From Vicugna vicugna (lineage: Eukaryota), in contig MU057930.1 of NCBI GenBank assembly GCA_013265495.1, positions 822,057 to 886,056 on the forward strand: 64,000 bases of DNA. The letters run 5' to 3'. Every line of letters starts with the position of its first letter. Within the stretch, counting starts at the first letter, position 1. The notes below the pieces were generated by a model that saw only the letters and a program-made list of their open reading frames with translations, had not been told where the DNA came from and did not search any database. Below, piece after piece: positions 1 to 12,757 of the stretch. Position numbers and translations under genes: made by a program.

Positions 1-254
1 CAACAGCTGGTTTTTGAATAAGATATTACGGAGAGGTGTAATGGATGTGCTTGGGCACGGCGCCGCTGAACGGGGCAGGATCGCTCCGTGTGAACTCGGG
101 GGTTAAAGAATTCTGACTCCGCTCCGTTATAGCACAAAGCTGTCTTCACACTTTGCAGTAATAAGTATGGTGGGGGGGTCCTTGCCTCTGATCCCAGTCC
201 ATCGTGATATGACATTATCTTCAAGTTTGGGTTATAATAAGTTTTTTTTTCGCT

Positions 255-1135
255 TTTCTAATTGAACTAGAGTTGATTTACAATGTTGTGTTAATTTCTG
301 GTGTACAGCATAGTAATTTAGTTATAAATATATATATATATAAAATACTTTTTATATTCTTTTTCATTATTGGCCATTATAAGATATTGAACATAGTTCC
401 CCGTGCGCTACAGTAGGACCTTGCTCTTTATCTATTTTAAATATAGTAGTGTGTATCTGCAAATCCCAGACTCCCAATTTATCCCTCCCCACCCTTGTTC
501 TCCCTGGTAACCATAAGTTTGTTTTCTGTGTGTGTGAGTCTGTTACTGTTTTGTAAATAAGTTCATTTGTCTTTTTTTTTTAAGATAAAATCTCTTTTTT
601 TTTAAGATTCCACATAGAAGTGATATCATATGGTATTTGTCTTTCTCTGTCTGACTTACTTCACTTAGAATGATGATCTCCAGGGTCCATGTTGCTGCAA
701 ATGGCATTATTTCATTCTTTTTCATGGCCGAGTAGTATTCCGTTGTTTAAATATACCACAGCTTCTTTATCCAGTCATCTCTTGATGGACATTTAGGTTG
801 TTTCCATGTCTTGGCTGTTGTAAATAGTGCTGCTATGGACATTGGGGTCCATGTGTCTTTTTGAATTATATTTTTCTCTGGATATATGCCCAGGACTAGG
901 ATTGCTGGACCATATGGTAAGTCTACTTTTAGTTTTTTAAGAAATCTCCAAACTGTTCACCACAGCGGCTGCACCAAATTACATTCCCACCAGCAGTGCA
1001 GGAGGGTTCCCTTTTCTCCACAGCCTCTCTAGCATTTATTATCTGTACACTTTTTAATGATGGCCACTCTGACTGCAATACCTCATTGCATTTTGATTTG
1101 CATTTCTCTGCTAATTAGCGATACTGAGCATTTTT
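255..1135 (-). mobile_element. LINE-1 3' end (ORF2 C-terminus + 3' UTR)
   Basis: Minus ORF KKNEIMPFAATWTLEIIILSEVSQTEKDKYHMISL is typical L1 3'-end translation. Confidence 0.95.
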
Positions 1136-1154
1136 CTGACAAATGTCTATTGAT

Positions 1155-1858
1155 TGTATGAGTCCCACGTTCTTGGCTGGAAGTAGGTACAGCTTCATAA
1201 AGGCTTAACTCAGCAGCTTTGGGGTCTTTCAACCCTACATGTGGCAATATGAGGAATGGCCCTTTACTGGCCCCTGGGAGAAACATCTATGAGCCACGGT
1301 GTATCCTTCTTGATAAGGGTGTGTTTGTATACCTGGGGCTTTGGGCTACGTCAGATAGCTTAACCAACCACGTGACTGATGTCAGAACCACAGTTTTGTT
1401 TGCCAGGAGCCCTAGGCTCTGCTGCATCCCGTTGACCTCTGTGGGGAAGGACTGGATAATGAGTAACGAAGGTCTTCATACTCACGCTCTGTGCCTGTGA
1501 GACGGACTCCCCCGTTAAAAACCCTGGCCAGCACAGCTCAGCTGTGCTCCCTCAGTTGACAGCCTACTAGATCTGGTGTTGCACAACCTTGCTGGAAGCA
1601 TTAAGAGCTGTCTGCCCAACTCCCCCGACGGAAGGACTGAAGTTCACGACAGAAGACATAAATGAACTTACTTACAAGTTCACGGTCCTGGACGCTTCCC
1701 TGTGCACCTTGTACCCTGGCTCATTTGAACCTGGATCCTTTCACTATGATAAACCATAATGCGAAGGATGGAAGTAAATGCAACGGTTCTTCTGAGCTCA
1801 GTGAGTCCTTCTGGCAAATCATGGGGCCTCAAGTGTGATCTCGGAGCCCTCTGGTACA
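1155..1858 (+). mobile_element. MER21-like ERVL LTR
   Basis: 3' motif gttcttctgagctcagtgagtccttctggcaaatc...gggagccc resembles the MER21 end. Confidence 0.6.
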
Positions 1859-2282
1859 GCATGCTGTTGAAGGGTTCACGGTCTGGGCAGGGCTTTTGGA
1901 ATGATTAAACAGAAGGCAAAGCACATATGAGGACCTGCTTTGTGCACGCCTGTATTTTCATTTCTTAAAAAGCGGCAAGAATGATCCTTGTAGCATGTGT
2001 TAACATTTGTAAAATTATTTAAATAGCACCATGATGTTGTGACTTTGCTGGGGTCAAACGTTTTTTTTTTTTCATTTTTCATTTTTATTATTTTATTAGG
2101 AAGAATTGTTACAATTTGACTGCAATGTATAATATAGTGCATGTAAATACATATACACAATATACTGCACATATTTTTTAATTTGCATATATGTACTGTT
2201 CATTGTTTCTAAAAACGTTTAGAGCTTTAGCTTTTGAAACTTACGTAGTTACCAAAGGGATAAAGCCAACCACAAAGTAAGA

Positions 2283-2700
2283 ATTAATTCAAAAGGACAC
2301 ATACACCCAGCTGTTAACAGCAACGTTATTTATAATTGCCAAGCTATGGAAGCATCCCACATGCACATCAGCAGATGAATGCATAAGGAAGATACGGCAT
2401 ATATGTATGTAATGGAATACAACTCTCCCATAAGAAAGAAGGGTATTTTGCTATTTGCGGCCGTTCGTTCACTGTTTTTGCTTGTTTCCCTTCAAAAACC
2501 AGAATTTTGCAACTGGCATAAACATTTCTGTTGCATCAAAAAGAACAAAATGCCTAGAAATAAACTTCGCCAAGGAGGTTCCCTGTGCTCTGAACACTGT
2601 GAAACACCGAGGAAGGAAATTAAAGATGACGCGAGGAAATGCAAAGGTATCTTGCGCTCTCAGAGTGGAAGGATCAACATTATCAAAATGGCCACACTGG
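2283..2700 (+). mobile_element. Old LINE-1 ORF2 fragments
   Basis: KEIKDDARKCKGILRSQSGRINIIKMATL resembles L1 ORF2 (KEIKEDLNKWK..GRINIVKM). Confidence 0.8.
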
Positions 2701-3322
2701 GGTAAAACATTCTGAGATAGCCAACTGAGTTAGGTGAAATGGAACCGAGGCATGCAGTTGACAGGCATTCCTAGAGCAAGGAATGTTATTTTACATCAGG
2801 GAGAACAAACCAAGAGACCCTTTAGCTGACGGAATGCAGCCTCCAGCCCAGGTATGTCTGTGCACGGATGGGTACGTGTCCACATATGTATTCACTGCAA
2901 ATATATAGAGTGCCCACGGGTGTCAGAGCCGGCTTTCCATTGGGAGAGAACACGTCGTTTTGTGCCTCAGTGCAGTATGGTATGCCTGCGGGCATGGGCA
3001 AGAGGATCTGGAACCTACATGGGGCCTCCTGAGTTGCTGGGAGCAGTGCAGGGCGTAAGTGCCAGAGGAGAGATTGCGGGATGAGAAGCCTCAGCGTTCA
3101 AGTCAGCAAGGAGACAGGGAAGCTTCTGAGAAAGCACATCTGAGGCAGGCGACACTGACGCATGACGGTCTAAGCTAAAGATTGGAGATTGGAGACCTGT
3201 AAATGCATATCGGATCCAATAGGGTTAGTAAACCCACACAGGTAGACAGATACGCTGTTGCAGCATGCTGCAAACGTCTGCATTGTCCTCAGTGGAATAA
3301 AAGCCAGGCAGTAAAAAAAGAT

Positions 3323-3430
3323 GGGGGAAGGTATAGCTTAAGTGGTAGAGTGCCTGCTTAGCGTGCATGAGGTCCTGGCTTCAATCCCCAGTATCGCCTC
3401 CATAAATAAATAAACCTAATTACCTCCACC
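3323..3430 (+). mobile_element. tRNA-Ala-derived SINE (vic-1-like)
   Basis: ggggaaggtatagcttaagtggtagagtgcctgcttagcgtgcatgaggtcctggcttcaatcccc with A/B boxes and tail acctaattacctcc. Confidence 0.85.
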
Positions 3431-4224
3431 CAAATACATGAAATTGTTAAAATTAAATTACATTTTAAAAAATTAATTAATTAATTACAAATTTAAAAAT
3501 AAAGGAACGAAAAAGAAAAAAAAAAAAGAAAGACAAGAAAAGCAGAACTCATTTTGAAGAAGCTTCCTGAAGTCCCTGAGAAGCCCATAACATTTTCTAG
3601 CATGTGGCTTGCTCCAACATTCCCTTGGGTCTTCTGTCTCATGCAAGCCTTTAGCGTCTGGATGAGCACAGAAAGGTTGGCTTGACCTAGCTGGCTTTGT
3701 TCTAAGGCTCAATGCCACGCTTGCTTCCATGACAGAGGTGGGAGTCTGCCTTAAAAAAATCATCTACCCAGTGGAGGCGTCCCGAAGCCAGGCCTGAAAC
3801 GATGCCTTCACTGTGTTTGCCAACATCTCAGGCATTAAATTAACATCCTTGAGGTGGATTCATCCAAGCTCCCAGTCGGTCATTGGAATTCAACACATAC
3901 AGATGTTTAGAGGAGAGAGCGGTCAGTCCGCGGAGAAAGACGGCTTTTCGTTCTGCATCCAGTCACGGAGAGCAAAGACAATCAGGCAGCGTTCCTGGGG
4001 CCGACAGGTGCTGAAATTGTAATGATGGAAATGCTGAGAAGGAGACCCTTGTAGCAAGCATGCAACAAGGCTTTCTCACCGGTGAACCCCTCCCAGCTCG
4101 TCCGTCCCTAATTTTTTTTTTATCACAGGGACCCCCAATCTGGCTATTGATACACTTTTTTATCTTTCCGATGCTTACCTAGGTACCAATGAGGCCAGAA
4201 GGGAGTGGCGCGATCTATTTAAAG

Positions 4225-4530
4225 TTCAGGAAGGAGAAACCCCTTCAACCTAGGACACTCTATCCAACGAGATTATCATTTAAAATAGAAAGAAAATGAA
4301 AGAACTTCTCAGATGAGCAAACACTAAAAAAATTCAACAATAGGAAAGCCACACAAAAAGAAGTAAGCCACTCTGTAGATTAAAAGACCAAAAAAAAAAA
4401 AAACCCTATGAAAGCAACACTAACGACACAAAACAGGGATAAACATGAAGATGTAACATGACATCAAAAAGGGAAAATGTGGGCGAGGTGGGTGAAAAAC
4501 ACAGCTCTTTCGGAAAGTGTTTGAACTGAA
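4225..4530 (+). mobile_element. LINE-1 ORF1 C-terminal fragment
   Basis: Encodes LQPRTLYPTRLSFKIE, resembling L1 ORF1 QPRILYPAKLSF. Confidence 0.75.
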
Positions 4531-4630
4531 AGGAAGTGGGTTTTCTTGAGGGTGCGTAACTCATGCAACGCAACGAAAACGTGGCAGTGTTTGTCTCCAG
4601 CCTCCCTGAAGATGACAGCTAGCCTGTTAC

Positions 4631-4756
4631 CGAGTGGCCGCGGGCGATTACGGTGTGGTTAGAGTCTTGCACGATATTTGAGACCCCTGCTCAAGCTGTA
4701 TCAACACGCTCACGCTTAAGAAAACCTGCATCTCGAGGGATTGCCTTGCAATCCTT
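4631..4756 (-). pseudogene. Possible exon
   Basis: ctccgtcttgcag|AAG...TCG|gtaaca; EMQVFLSVSVLIQLEQGSQISCKTLTTP*. Confidence 0.4.
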
Positions 4757-4915
4757 CTGCAAGACGGAGGCACGAAACAGAGAGGGTCGTCCAGAGGCTG
4801 GCAGGATTTACTGCAAAATGCTCAACAGCACTTGATCAACATCCCAGAGGACAGTCCAGTCCAGACTGCGAAGGCAGTCCCGCTGTAAATTTCCCACTGG
4901 CTGCGGTGCAGTTAC

Positions 4916-5085
4916 CCAATACTGGTTCTTTACGACGTCCCTTGTCTGATCAAATAAAAGCAAGCTGGCTTAATGGTTCTAATTGGATTTTAGCGGGGAG
5001 CCCGGTAGCTATAGACGGTTTTCCTTTCGGAAATATTTGTCCAAGGATTTCAGAACAGCTATAACTCTGGTGGAATAAATCCGTT
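4916..5085 (-). pseudogene. Putative exon, degraded
   Basis: ggctttgctttag|AAC...TTGG|gtaact; RIYSTRVIAVLKSLDKYFRKENRL*...LLFDQTRDVVKNQYW. Confidence 0.5.
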
Positions 5086-6150
5086 CTAAAGCAAAGCCTC
5101 CGTCCATTGTCTGTAATCCGCGCTAATGGCTTTCTTGGGAACCACCGCTTCGTGAGAGGCAGACACAGGAACCCACGATCTGGGGCTGCGTGCGGGGTCT
5201 TAGAGCTCCCCCTGTGTGTGCCCCGTGGGGGGTTTTGAAGGCAGGTGAGGTGAGGATGCCTTCAGCCTTGCAGGACGGGAAGCTGACGGCTGATCTGGCG
5301 CCCCCCTCTGTTAGGCGAGATGTGTTCTTTCTAACACTGACACGTCCCTGCTTGGAAGTTTCTGCCCCCTTTCAGAAATGAGTTTTCAAATATCACCTCT
5401 TCAGCGGTTTGAATAATTTAAAGAAGTGCATAGACGTATGCACTTGAAAGTCAAAGGATCAACACTTTAATATTTACAATAGTAAGTAAGGGTGAGAGAT
5501 TGTCCAAATTGCTTTATTTTTCCTCCCCCATGAGGAGAGTGTAAGGTTTGCAGCTTAGTTTATTTTTGAATTTATTTTTTTCCGTCTCAGTAAATAACCC
5601 TGTCAGAGTTTATGAAAAAAATATACAGATGAAACTTTAAAGTTTCACCGAGGAAATGGAGAGGGAAATAAAAAATATTCATGATTTGGGAAGTCAGGAG
5701 GTGCCAAGGAATCAGACAATCTTATTTGTACGAACATGGAGGAAAAAGCCAGGCAGTGCGATGGTGTCTTCAGGTGGCAGGACAGAGAGACACGTGTCAG
5801 TGGATTTCAGACACTTATTGACGTAAACATAAAAATGGAGACGGCTTCCTCATTATTGCTTTTAAGTAGCATTCCATTTACTGGCATAAAAATAAATTAT
5901 GTGCAGATATGGAATTTCCACCACAGCAACTGGCTAAAAGGTGCCTTTCAGGAGAAACAAAACAAAACGAAACGTTAGCATTCAGCAAGGGCAGAAGCTT
6001 GCACATTCATATTTAAATGCAAACCCAGGGATGCTGTGGGAAAGAGGAACGTCTTCAAGTACGGGCTTTAAAGATAATGACTCCACTTTGCATTACCTAC
6101 CATCTCCAAGTAGTTGACAAGTTTACAAAGGGTCCACCAGGTGGACTCTA

Positions 6151-6181
<31 letters not shown>

Positions 6182-6289
6182 AGCATTTTATCAGCTGAGT
6201 AATGATCCGTGAATCTTTCAAGGTTACTCACGGTTGGCCTAAAAGCATGAGTGGGTGCAAAGCTCTTTTTTCTAAAAAGATGTTTGGTT

Positions 6290-6770
6290 TTTTTGGTGGT
6301 AAAATATGCACACCATACAATGTACTATGTTTACCATTTTTAAGTGCAGAGTTCAGAATCTGCATTGTTGGGCAGCCTCATCACCATTTATCTCCAGAGC
6401 TTGTTTATCTGGCAAAAACCAAAATTCTGTCCCTATTAAACATTGATTTCTCCAGCCGCTGGACCCACCACCCTACCTTCTGTCTCTATGGATCTGGCTC
6501 CCTTAAGGACCTCATTGAATGCAGTCCCACATTCCTTTTGTGTCTGGTTGATTTCACTCAGCATCATGTCCTCGAGGTTCATCCACATTGTAGCATGTGT
6601 CGGTGCTTCACTCCGTTTCATGGCTGAGTAATATTCCACTGTGTGGATGGACTACAGTTGGTTTGTGTATTGATCCATCAGTGGACACTTGGGTTGCTTC
6701 AACCTCTTGGCTACTGTGAATAATGTTGCTGTGAATCTGAGTGAGCAAAGTATCTCTTCTAGTATCTACC
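6290..6770 (-). mobile_element. Old LINE-1 3' end
   Basis: Minus ORF MEYYSAMKRSEAPTHATMWMNLEDMMLSEINQTQK. Confidence 0.9.
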
Positions 6771-7459
6771 TGAGAGTTTAGGCAAATATTTTTTTGTCCC
6801 CCTAAGAGCAGCATCTGATAGAACATGTGTAATACTCACAGAACAGGTCATTTGCAATTTTTTAATGGAGGATATCTCAGCACACCAGGAAGCAGGTTCT
6901 CACCTAAACACTATAGGATGAGTAGAGCCCATGGCTTCAAGGATTGTCTTTAAAACCATTATGCTTTGAAACTCCTAGTCCTGGAGGATGGTTGTTACAT
7001 GGCATCTGTGACTAGCTGTTACATTGTAAAGCTTTATCAATGCACTACTGCCTTTTGTAACTCTCTTGAGTTACAGTGCCATTTCCTTTAGCTCAGTTTT
7101 GGGAATGATACATGGCAGAAAAAAATAAACACCTACTACCTTGCAGAATGGAGTCACCTCTTGGAGGTAAGAGTATTCTGAGTTCTTGTTTATTAAGGAT
7201 AAATTTTAAACTCATGTTATTAGCACCATTAAAAGAGTGAGGTCGTGTGTGTGGTAGGTTTACTCCTCAAAAACAGACATGGATTGCCAACGTGATTCAC
7301 CAGATTATTCGGGTTATGAGAAGCAGAGGGAGGAAAGATGACAGACAGAACGTGGGTAACCTACTTTGTGTCAAGTATGTTCCTGCCATAGCTTTAACTG
7401 ATATTTCCTCAGCTGATGTATAGTGCAATCCTAGATGGGGTTTCTCTCTCTCAACTTCC

Positions 7460-7472
7460 TGTCTATCTGTCA

Positions 7473-7523
<51 letters not shown>

Positions 7524-7745
7524 GTCTATCTATCCATCCATCTATCTATCTATCTAATCACCTATCATGTATCTATCATCTACCTATCATACCATACCAT
7601 ACCATATCTATCTATTATCTATATATCTATCATTTATCCATCTATCTACCTATTTATCTATTGTCTGTCTGTCTGTCTGTCTATCTATCAATCACTTATC
7701 TATCTATCAACACCTACCTATCCACCATCTCTCTATCTATCTTCA
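7460..7745. repeat. Compound (TCTA)n/(TCTG)n microsatellite
   Basis: Direct observation. Confidence 0.95.
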
Positions 7746-8115
7746 TCCATGAAGATACTATCATTCCACAGTGGGAAGCAGGTGTCCCTCAGACCACTAA
7801 TGACATCCTGCTTCCTATGGAGAGATGCTTTGGTACATCATTGCACCCAAGTGGAATACAGAGTCAGCCCAAGCTGATTAAGACACTAGCCAGGAACCAA
7901 ACTTGCACGCTGGCCTTGCTAAGGACAGCCATGCCAAGCCTGCTGAGTTAATTCTTTTCTGCACATGGGCATCGTGAGAACACATGTTTGTGGCTGTGCA
8001 GGTCAGATGGGTTGATGTGTCTGTAAGAGACAGTGATGTGTTCAAATAGGGTGATGGAGCTGGGGACACACCTGCTTCAAGGCAGTAGGTTAAAAGGCAG
8101 GTAGCAAAGGCTTAC

Positions 8116-9991
8116 CTGCGTTCCTGTTGGTTTTGTCAGCACCATGGTGTGATTCATGACTTGACAAGGCTCTTGGACTGGTCAAGGGGGTTATACTTGG
8201 CTGTCAGTGACTTTTCTAGAAGAAGCTCTGAGTCCCAGGAAGGTTGGAGCAGTGAACACAGCTGGAGGAGGAGGTCTAACATGGAGACCTCATCTCGGGT
8301 ACACGGAGAGCCACCGGGACCCTTAGCCAATGTGGTTGTGGTGGTGGGTTTTGGAGCCAAGGAGGAAAGGGATGATGAACTTAGGATAATGCCCAGGACA
8401 CTCACTTGGTAAGCACAGTTGCATTCCCCGCCCCTCCCTCCCGCCCCCTTGTCTGATCAGCCTGTGTTGGTTTCAGATCTTCACCCCAACTCCGCTGGTG
8501 TAAACTGGTTAGAGTTGCCACCAACCCAATCTTGATGCTTCTGGGTTGAAACCAGAACTTGCATGATGCGTATAAAACAGCTCCCGCCCCAGCACAAAAT
8601 AGAACAGCTCGTAAAATGGCTTGTAAAGAGGTCTTTATATGCGATCTCAAATCCTCCATGAGCTTGGGGTCTCAGGCTTTGAGATCTCCAAAGCTCCTTC
8701 TGACGAGGACCCAGGAGGCTGGATTTACCGTGATTCCAAGGGAGCTGAGATGAGAATGCCCGGAGGAGTCCTGGCAGGGCGCTGGACGCCACCTTTTTTT
8801 CCCTTGCCCTTTTCTAGCAGAGAGCACGATTTCCCCAGATTAAGAAGAGAGTCACGTCGAGCGCTAAGCCTCCACTGTCCGTGGGGACTGAAATTCCGAA
8901 CCAGTTCCTAAAACCTCGCTTTCAGTAAACCCCACAAACTCCTTCTCGTGACCCTTCCAAGAATATTAAAAAGAATTGTAACTGAGATTTTGCAAATCGA
9001 GAGGCAGTACGTACTGTATGCATTTCATACGGTTGGATGTTAATACCTCCCAGGGGAGCTTCCATTTCCTTTTTTTTTTAAAAAAAGATGAGAATTCAGG
9101 AAAATAATAGTCTGCCGCTCTCCACAGCCAAATAAAAAGAGAGCTGTATTGACTGTCTGTACAGCTGCAGTGAAGGGGCCTGCGTTTCTCTCCCGTGACG
9201 TCTTCCCCCATGAAGACGGCGTCTCCTCATTTTGCTTGCAGTCTCTGGCTCGGGTAACCCTGGGCTTTTCCTTTGTCCCCTCCGCAGTCTGCGCATCAGG
9301 TTTTCCAGCCCTGCTGTTTCATTGCTAACTGCTCGTCTCGATGTGTTTCAGTTGGATTTCGTGTCCTTGTGGGGTTTGGAAGATGGGGTTCTTGAGGCCC
9401 GTGGCGGGGCTGGTGTGTGGGCAGCGGCCTTCGTTAGGGGGTCGGGGGCGGGCGTGGGGGCCGATGCCTGTGGCGTGCCCCCTCTCTTGGAAGGCGCGAC
9501 AGCAGCCTTTCCGCCACCTCCTTAAAGATGTGCCCTGCTGCTCGTACTGGCCGAGCGCCGGCCAGGAGCTCGACAGCTCCTAGACCTTTCCTGATGGCGG
9601 CCTGGTGTTCTGGGTCTCAGGTACCTCCCCACGTGGGACTCAAGCGTGTTCCCACTGAGCACTTAGGGGGCCCTGTTTTATCTTCCAGCAGCAGGACAGC
9701 CCTTCACACGGATGTGCCAGTGGAACCACCCGCTTGGTACTTTCGCTTTTTAATTTTTTTTCCAACTTGCCCAGGGCTCCACTGAACCAAGACCCCGCCA
9801 GGTGGATCCCTGGGGCTTGCAAAGGAGCCTCTTCCAGTCCTTCTCTATGGCTCTGCTACGGAGAGACTCTCCCACCCCCAGGGAACCGGATTCTAACTTT
9901 TGGACCCTTTCCGCTGTCTTAGGTGTGTATTTGGCACCTGACACTTCAGTTGGGTTCAGTTCAAAGTGTCTACGTTGTACATATAGGCTGG

Positions 9992-10048
<57 letters not shown>

Positions 10049-10411
10049 AACTCAGTGTGTTCTTCTCCAAGAGCCGCTACCGAGTTGGAGGAAGGGAAAA
10101 GTGACGAGGAGCTCAGCCTCCAGGACATTCTGTCTTCAGGCCATTGCCCAGGCCATTGCCGCAACGTGAGGAGCAGCTCGCTGGCTGCGGGCGTCCCCTC
10201 TCCGGTGCCGCGCTCGCGTCTGGTGGTGAATGTCACGCCGCAGTTCATCCTGTTGCCCCAAGACCTCGGGCCACGTGTCCAAGTCTGATGGCTAGTTTCT
10301 CAGTGAGAGCTTGGACGGATGTATTGAGAAATGACCAGAAAGGCTAATTTCTAAAGTTGGAAGGGTCAGAAGGGGCATAAAGATCGGACTTCTCTCTAGA
10401 GGCTGGAAATC
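8116..10411 (-). pseudogene. Large (~2.3 kb) exon-like block, partly Ser/Thr/Pro-rich, heavily disrupted
   Basis: gatttttgtacag|GATTTC acceptor and GCAG|gtaagc donor (alternative CAA|gtgagt after 8406 plus a 100-nt exon 8215-8116); CpG-rich, no interspersed repeat seen; NCGVTFTT, SSSSLSSLAPKPTTTTT, QPSITPLTSPRALSS; contains (CA)n. Confidence 0.55.
9994..10046. repeat. (CA)n microsatellite within the large pseudo-exon
   Basis: Perfect CA run of ~26 units. Confidence 0.98.
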
Positions 10412-10499
10412 CTGTACAAAAATCATGGTCTCTAAGCAGCAAAGATTTGTTAATCATACTCCGTTTACTGGAACATCCTCACTTAAATAGCAAAAGCAT

Positions 10500-10722
10500 T
10501 TTCTTTCCTTCTTTCCTTCTTTCCTTCCTTCTTCCTTCCTTCCTTCCTTCCTTCCTTCCTTCCTTCCTTCCTTCCTTCCTTCCTTCCTTCCTTCCTTCCT
10601 TCCTTCCTTCCTTCCTTCCTTCCTTCCTTCCTTCCTTCCTTCCTTCCTTCCTTCCTTCCTTCCTTCCTTCCTTCCTTCCTTCCTTCCTTCCTTCCTTCCT
10701 TCCTTCCTTCCTTCCTTCCTTC

Positions 10723-10756
<34 letters not shown>

Positions 10757-10800
10757 CTCTTTCTCTCTTTCTCTCTTTCTCTCTTTCTTTCTTCTTTCCA
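10500..10800. repeat. (TTCC)n then (TTTC)n polypyrimidine tract
   Basis: ~190 bp perfect TTCC array followed by TTTC/TC. Confidence 0.98.
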
Positions 10801-11351
10801 AAGGCAACCCGGACATTGTAGGAAATAAGACAGCAAGACTTCCTGTATTAAAAACACTTTGGCTCTTTTCAGTGCAGGAATCGGTTTTGAAATTTTACTT
10901 TTTAATGCGCTAAAGTTCTCCTTGAAATTTCCTCTGGAAATTCTTTCTGATTGCTTTGGAAAAATAAAAGAGTTAACTCCCTTTGGGGAAAAAAAAGGGG
11001 TGGGGGACTTTACCGTAGGCTGTATGATTTGGTATATGATGAAAGCTAAAAGCTCACCAAATTGGCACTGTCACTTTCTCTGCATTAAAATGTGACTTGC
11101 ACTCACAGAATTGAACAAGAGGTGGGGGGTGGGGAAGACAGAAGTCTATTTCACATGGGGACAAAAAAAAAATCAGAAAACCAAACTTTGGGGAAATTAG
11201 AAATTTCTGTTTTAAATGATGTCCGTTTTAAGCAGTCATGATGAAAACATAAGGACACTTCTCTTTTTAGGAAAACGGCATTTATCATTAATGGCCCGTT
11301 AAATAGAGTTCTGTTCCTAGCATTTTTCTGCTTTTAAAAATACTGGGTTAC

Positions 11352-11613
11352 CCAGATGCTTAAGATCAATTTTAAGGGCGATACTTTGTGCTCATGTGCG
11401 CTAAATATTCTTGAGACTTAAACCTCTGTGCTTCTCCAGAAATCCTTTGCGAAATCTGGACGACAAAGACGTTGCAAGGGTTACCGGCGAAAGCTCCGGT
11501 TGGCTTTTTCGACGCACGGATGCTCAGAGAATTAGATTCTTGGAGTAGACAATTGTTCCCAGATGTGAAGGCACGGCTCCGAAGAACAGAATGAATAAAA
11601 TGCGCTGGAACTT
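11352..11613 (-). pseudogene. Putative exon, degraded
   Basis: ctttcacctcatttag|AAG...CTGG|gtaacc; VPAHFIHSVLRSRAFTSGNNCLLQ...GNPCNVFVVQISQRISGEAQ. Confidence 0.55.
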
Positions 11614-12494
11614 CTAAATGAGGTGAAAGCCAGCAAAATGGTTTCTGAGTTTTTCTGTTGTGGTTGTCACTGTTCATATGCATATAGATTTGAACTTCTG
11701 ATAAGGACTGCAAGAAGACACGAGGAGAGCTCTATATGCATATTTAGTAATTACCCACATTTCGTCCTGATTGTTTTAGGACACCCTCTGTCTCTCCTTT
11801 TCCTCTGTATGTCCCCCAAGTACACACACACACACACACACATATCTTCTTCTGAGCCATCCGTGTACCTTGAAGACATTGTATTCCTTAACTTGTAAAT
11901 ACATCGCTGCACTCCATAACTTCGTGATATCATCAGCATCGTAACAAGGACATCGCCTTAAAGGGCCAAATAACTGAATGGTTAAAATGGAGATGTGGAG
12001 CACGCATACAACTTGAAAGACAGACTTGGAACAAGACACGGATAAAACACAGGAGTTCAGTGCTTTCAGTGAAACCCAAAGGTTTTCGAAAGCTCGACCC
12101 TAAGCTTGGATGATTTGAGCCGGAAGGAGACAGCCTCTCCCCCTGGACTTGAACATCTCATGATGAAACTGAAGAGGAGTACCAGTTTTCTGTGATTCTC
12201 CGGCCCCCTTCAGGTCCACACATCCACGTGGCATCTCACCTGTTCCCATCTTATAAGGTCTCCCTAAGATCCCAGTAGGTTCTCAACCACATACTTGAGT
12301 GTAACTTGAGGCACAGGGGAAGGGAGCAATTTGAAGGAAAATCTTGCAGACAATAGGGCATAATTAAATAAGAAATGCACATTCTTTTTTTTAAAATTTT
12401 TATATTTATTATTTATCTTTATATTTTTATGGAGGTGTAGTCAGTATACAATGTTGTGTCAGCTTCTGATTTATAGCAGAAATGCATATGCTTG

Positions 12495-12757
12495 CTACCA
12501 TGGGGGAAAGAGGGTGGGGAGGGATAGATTTGGAATTTGGAATTCATAGACACAGAGTACAATATATAAAATAGATAAACGACAAGGTCCTACTGTATAG
12601 CACCGGGAACTATAGTCAATACTTTGTCATGACATATACCAAAAAAGAAACAGAAAAAAATATATACATGCATATGTATAACTGAATCGCTTTGCTGTAC
12701 ACCTGCAACATTGTAAGTCGACTATAATTCAATAAAAAATAAGAATTAAAAAAAAAG
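12495..12757 (+). mobile_element. LINE-1 3' UTR with poly(A)
   Basis: ataaacgacaaggtcctactgtatagcaccgggaactat...aataaaaaa. Confidence 0.9.

Noticed and set aside
3323..3400. tRNA-Ala gene (also at 15765, 24362, 38443, 43289, 62368)
   Set aside because: Diverged copies with mismatched stems and, in several, a shared non-tRNA tail; these are SINEs.
7416..7951. ORFs rich in YLSI repeats (also 37493 and 40275)
   Set aside because: Translations of (TCTA)n microsatellites.
8116..10411. Large exon of MXRA5, SHROOM2, BCOR, F8, KIAA1549 or VWDE
   Set aside because: Translations did not match motifs I recall for these proteins, and all frames are interrupted.
10447..10857. ORFs of FLPS/RKEG repeats (also 23965-24519)
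   Set aside because: Translations of (TTCC)n and (TTTC)n tracts.
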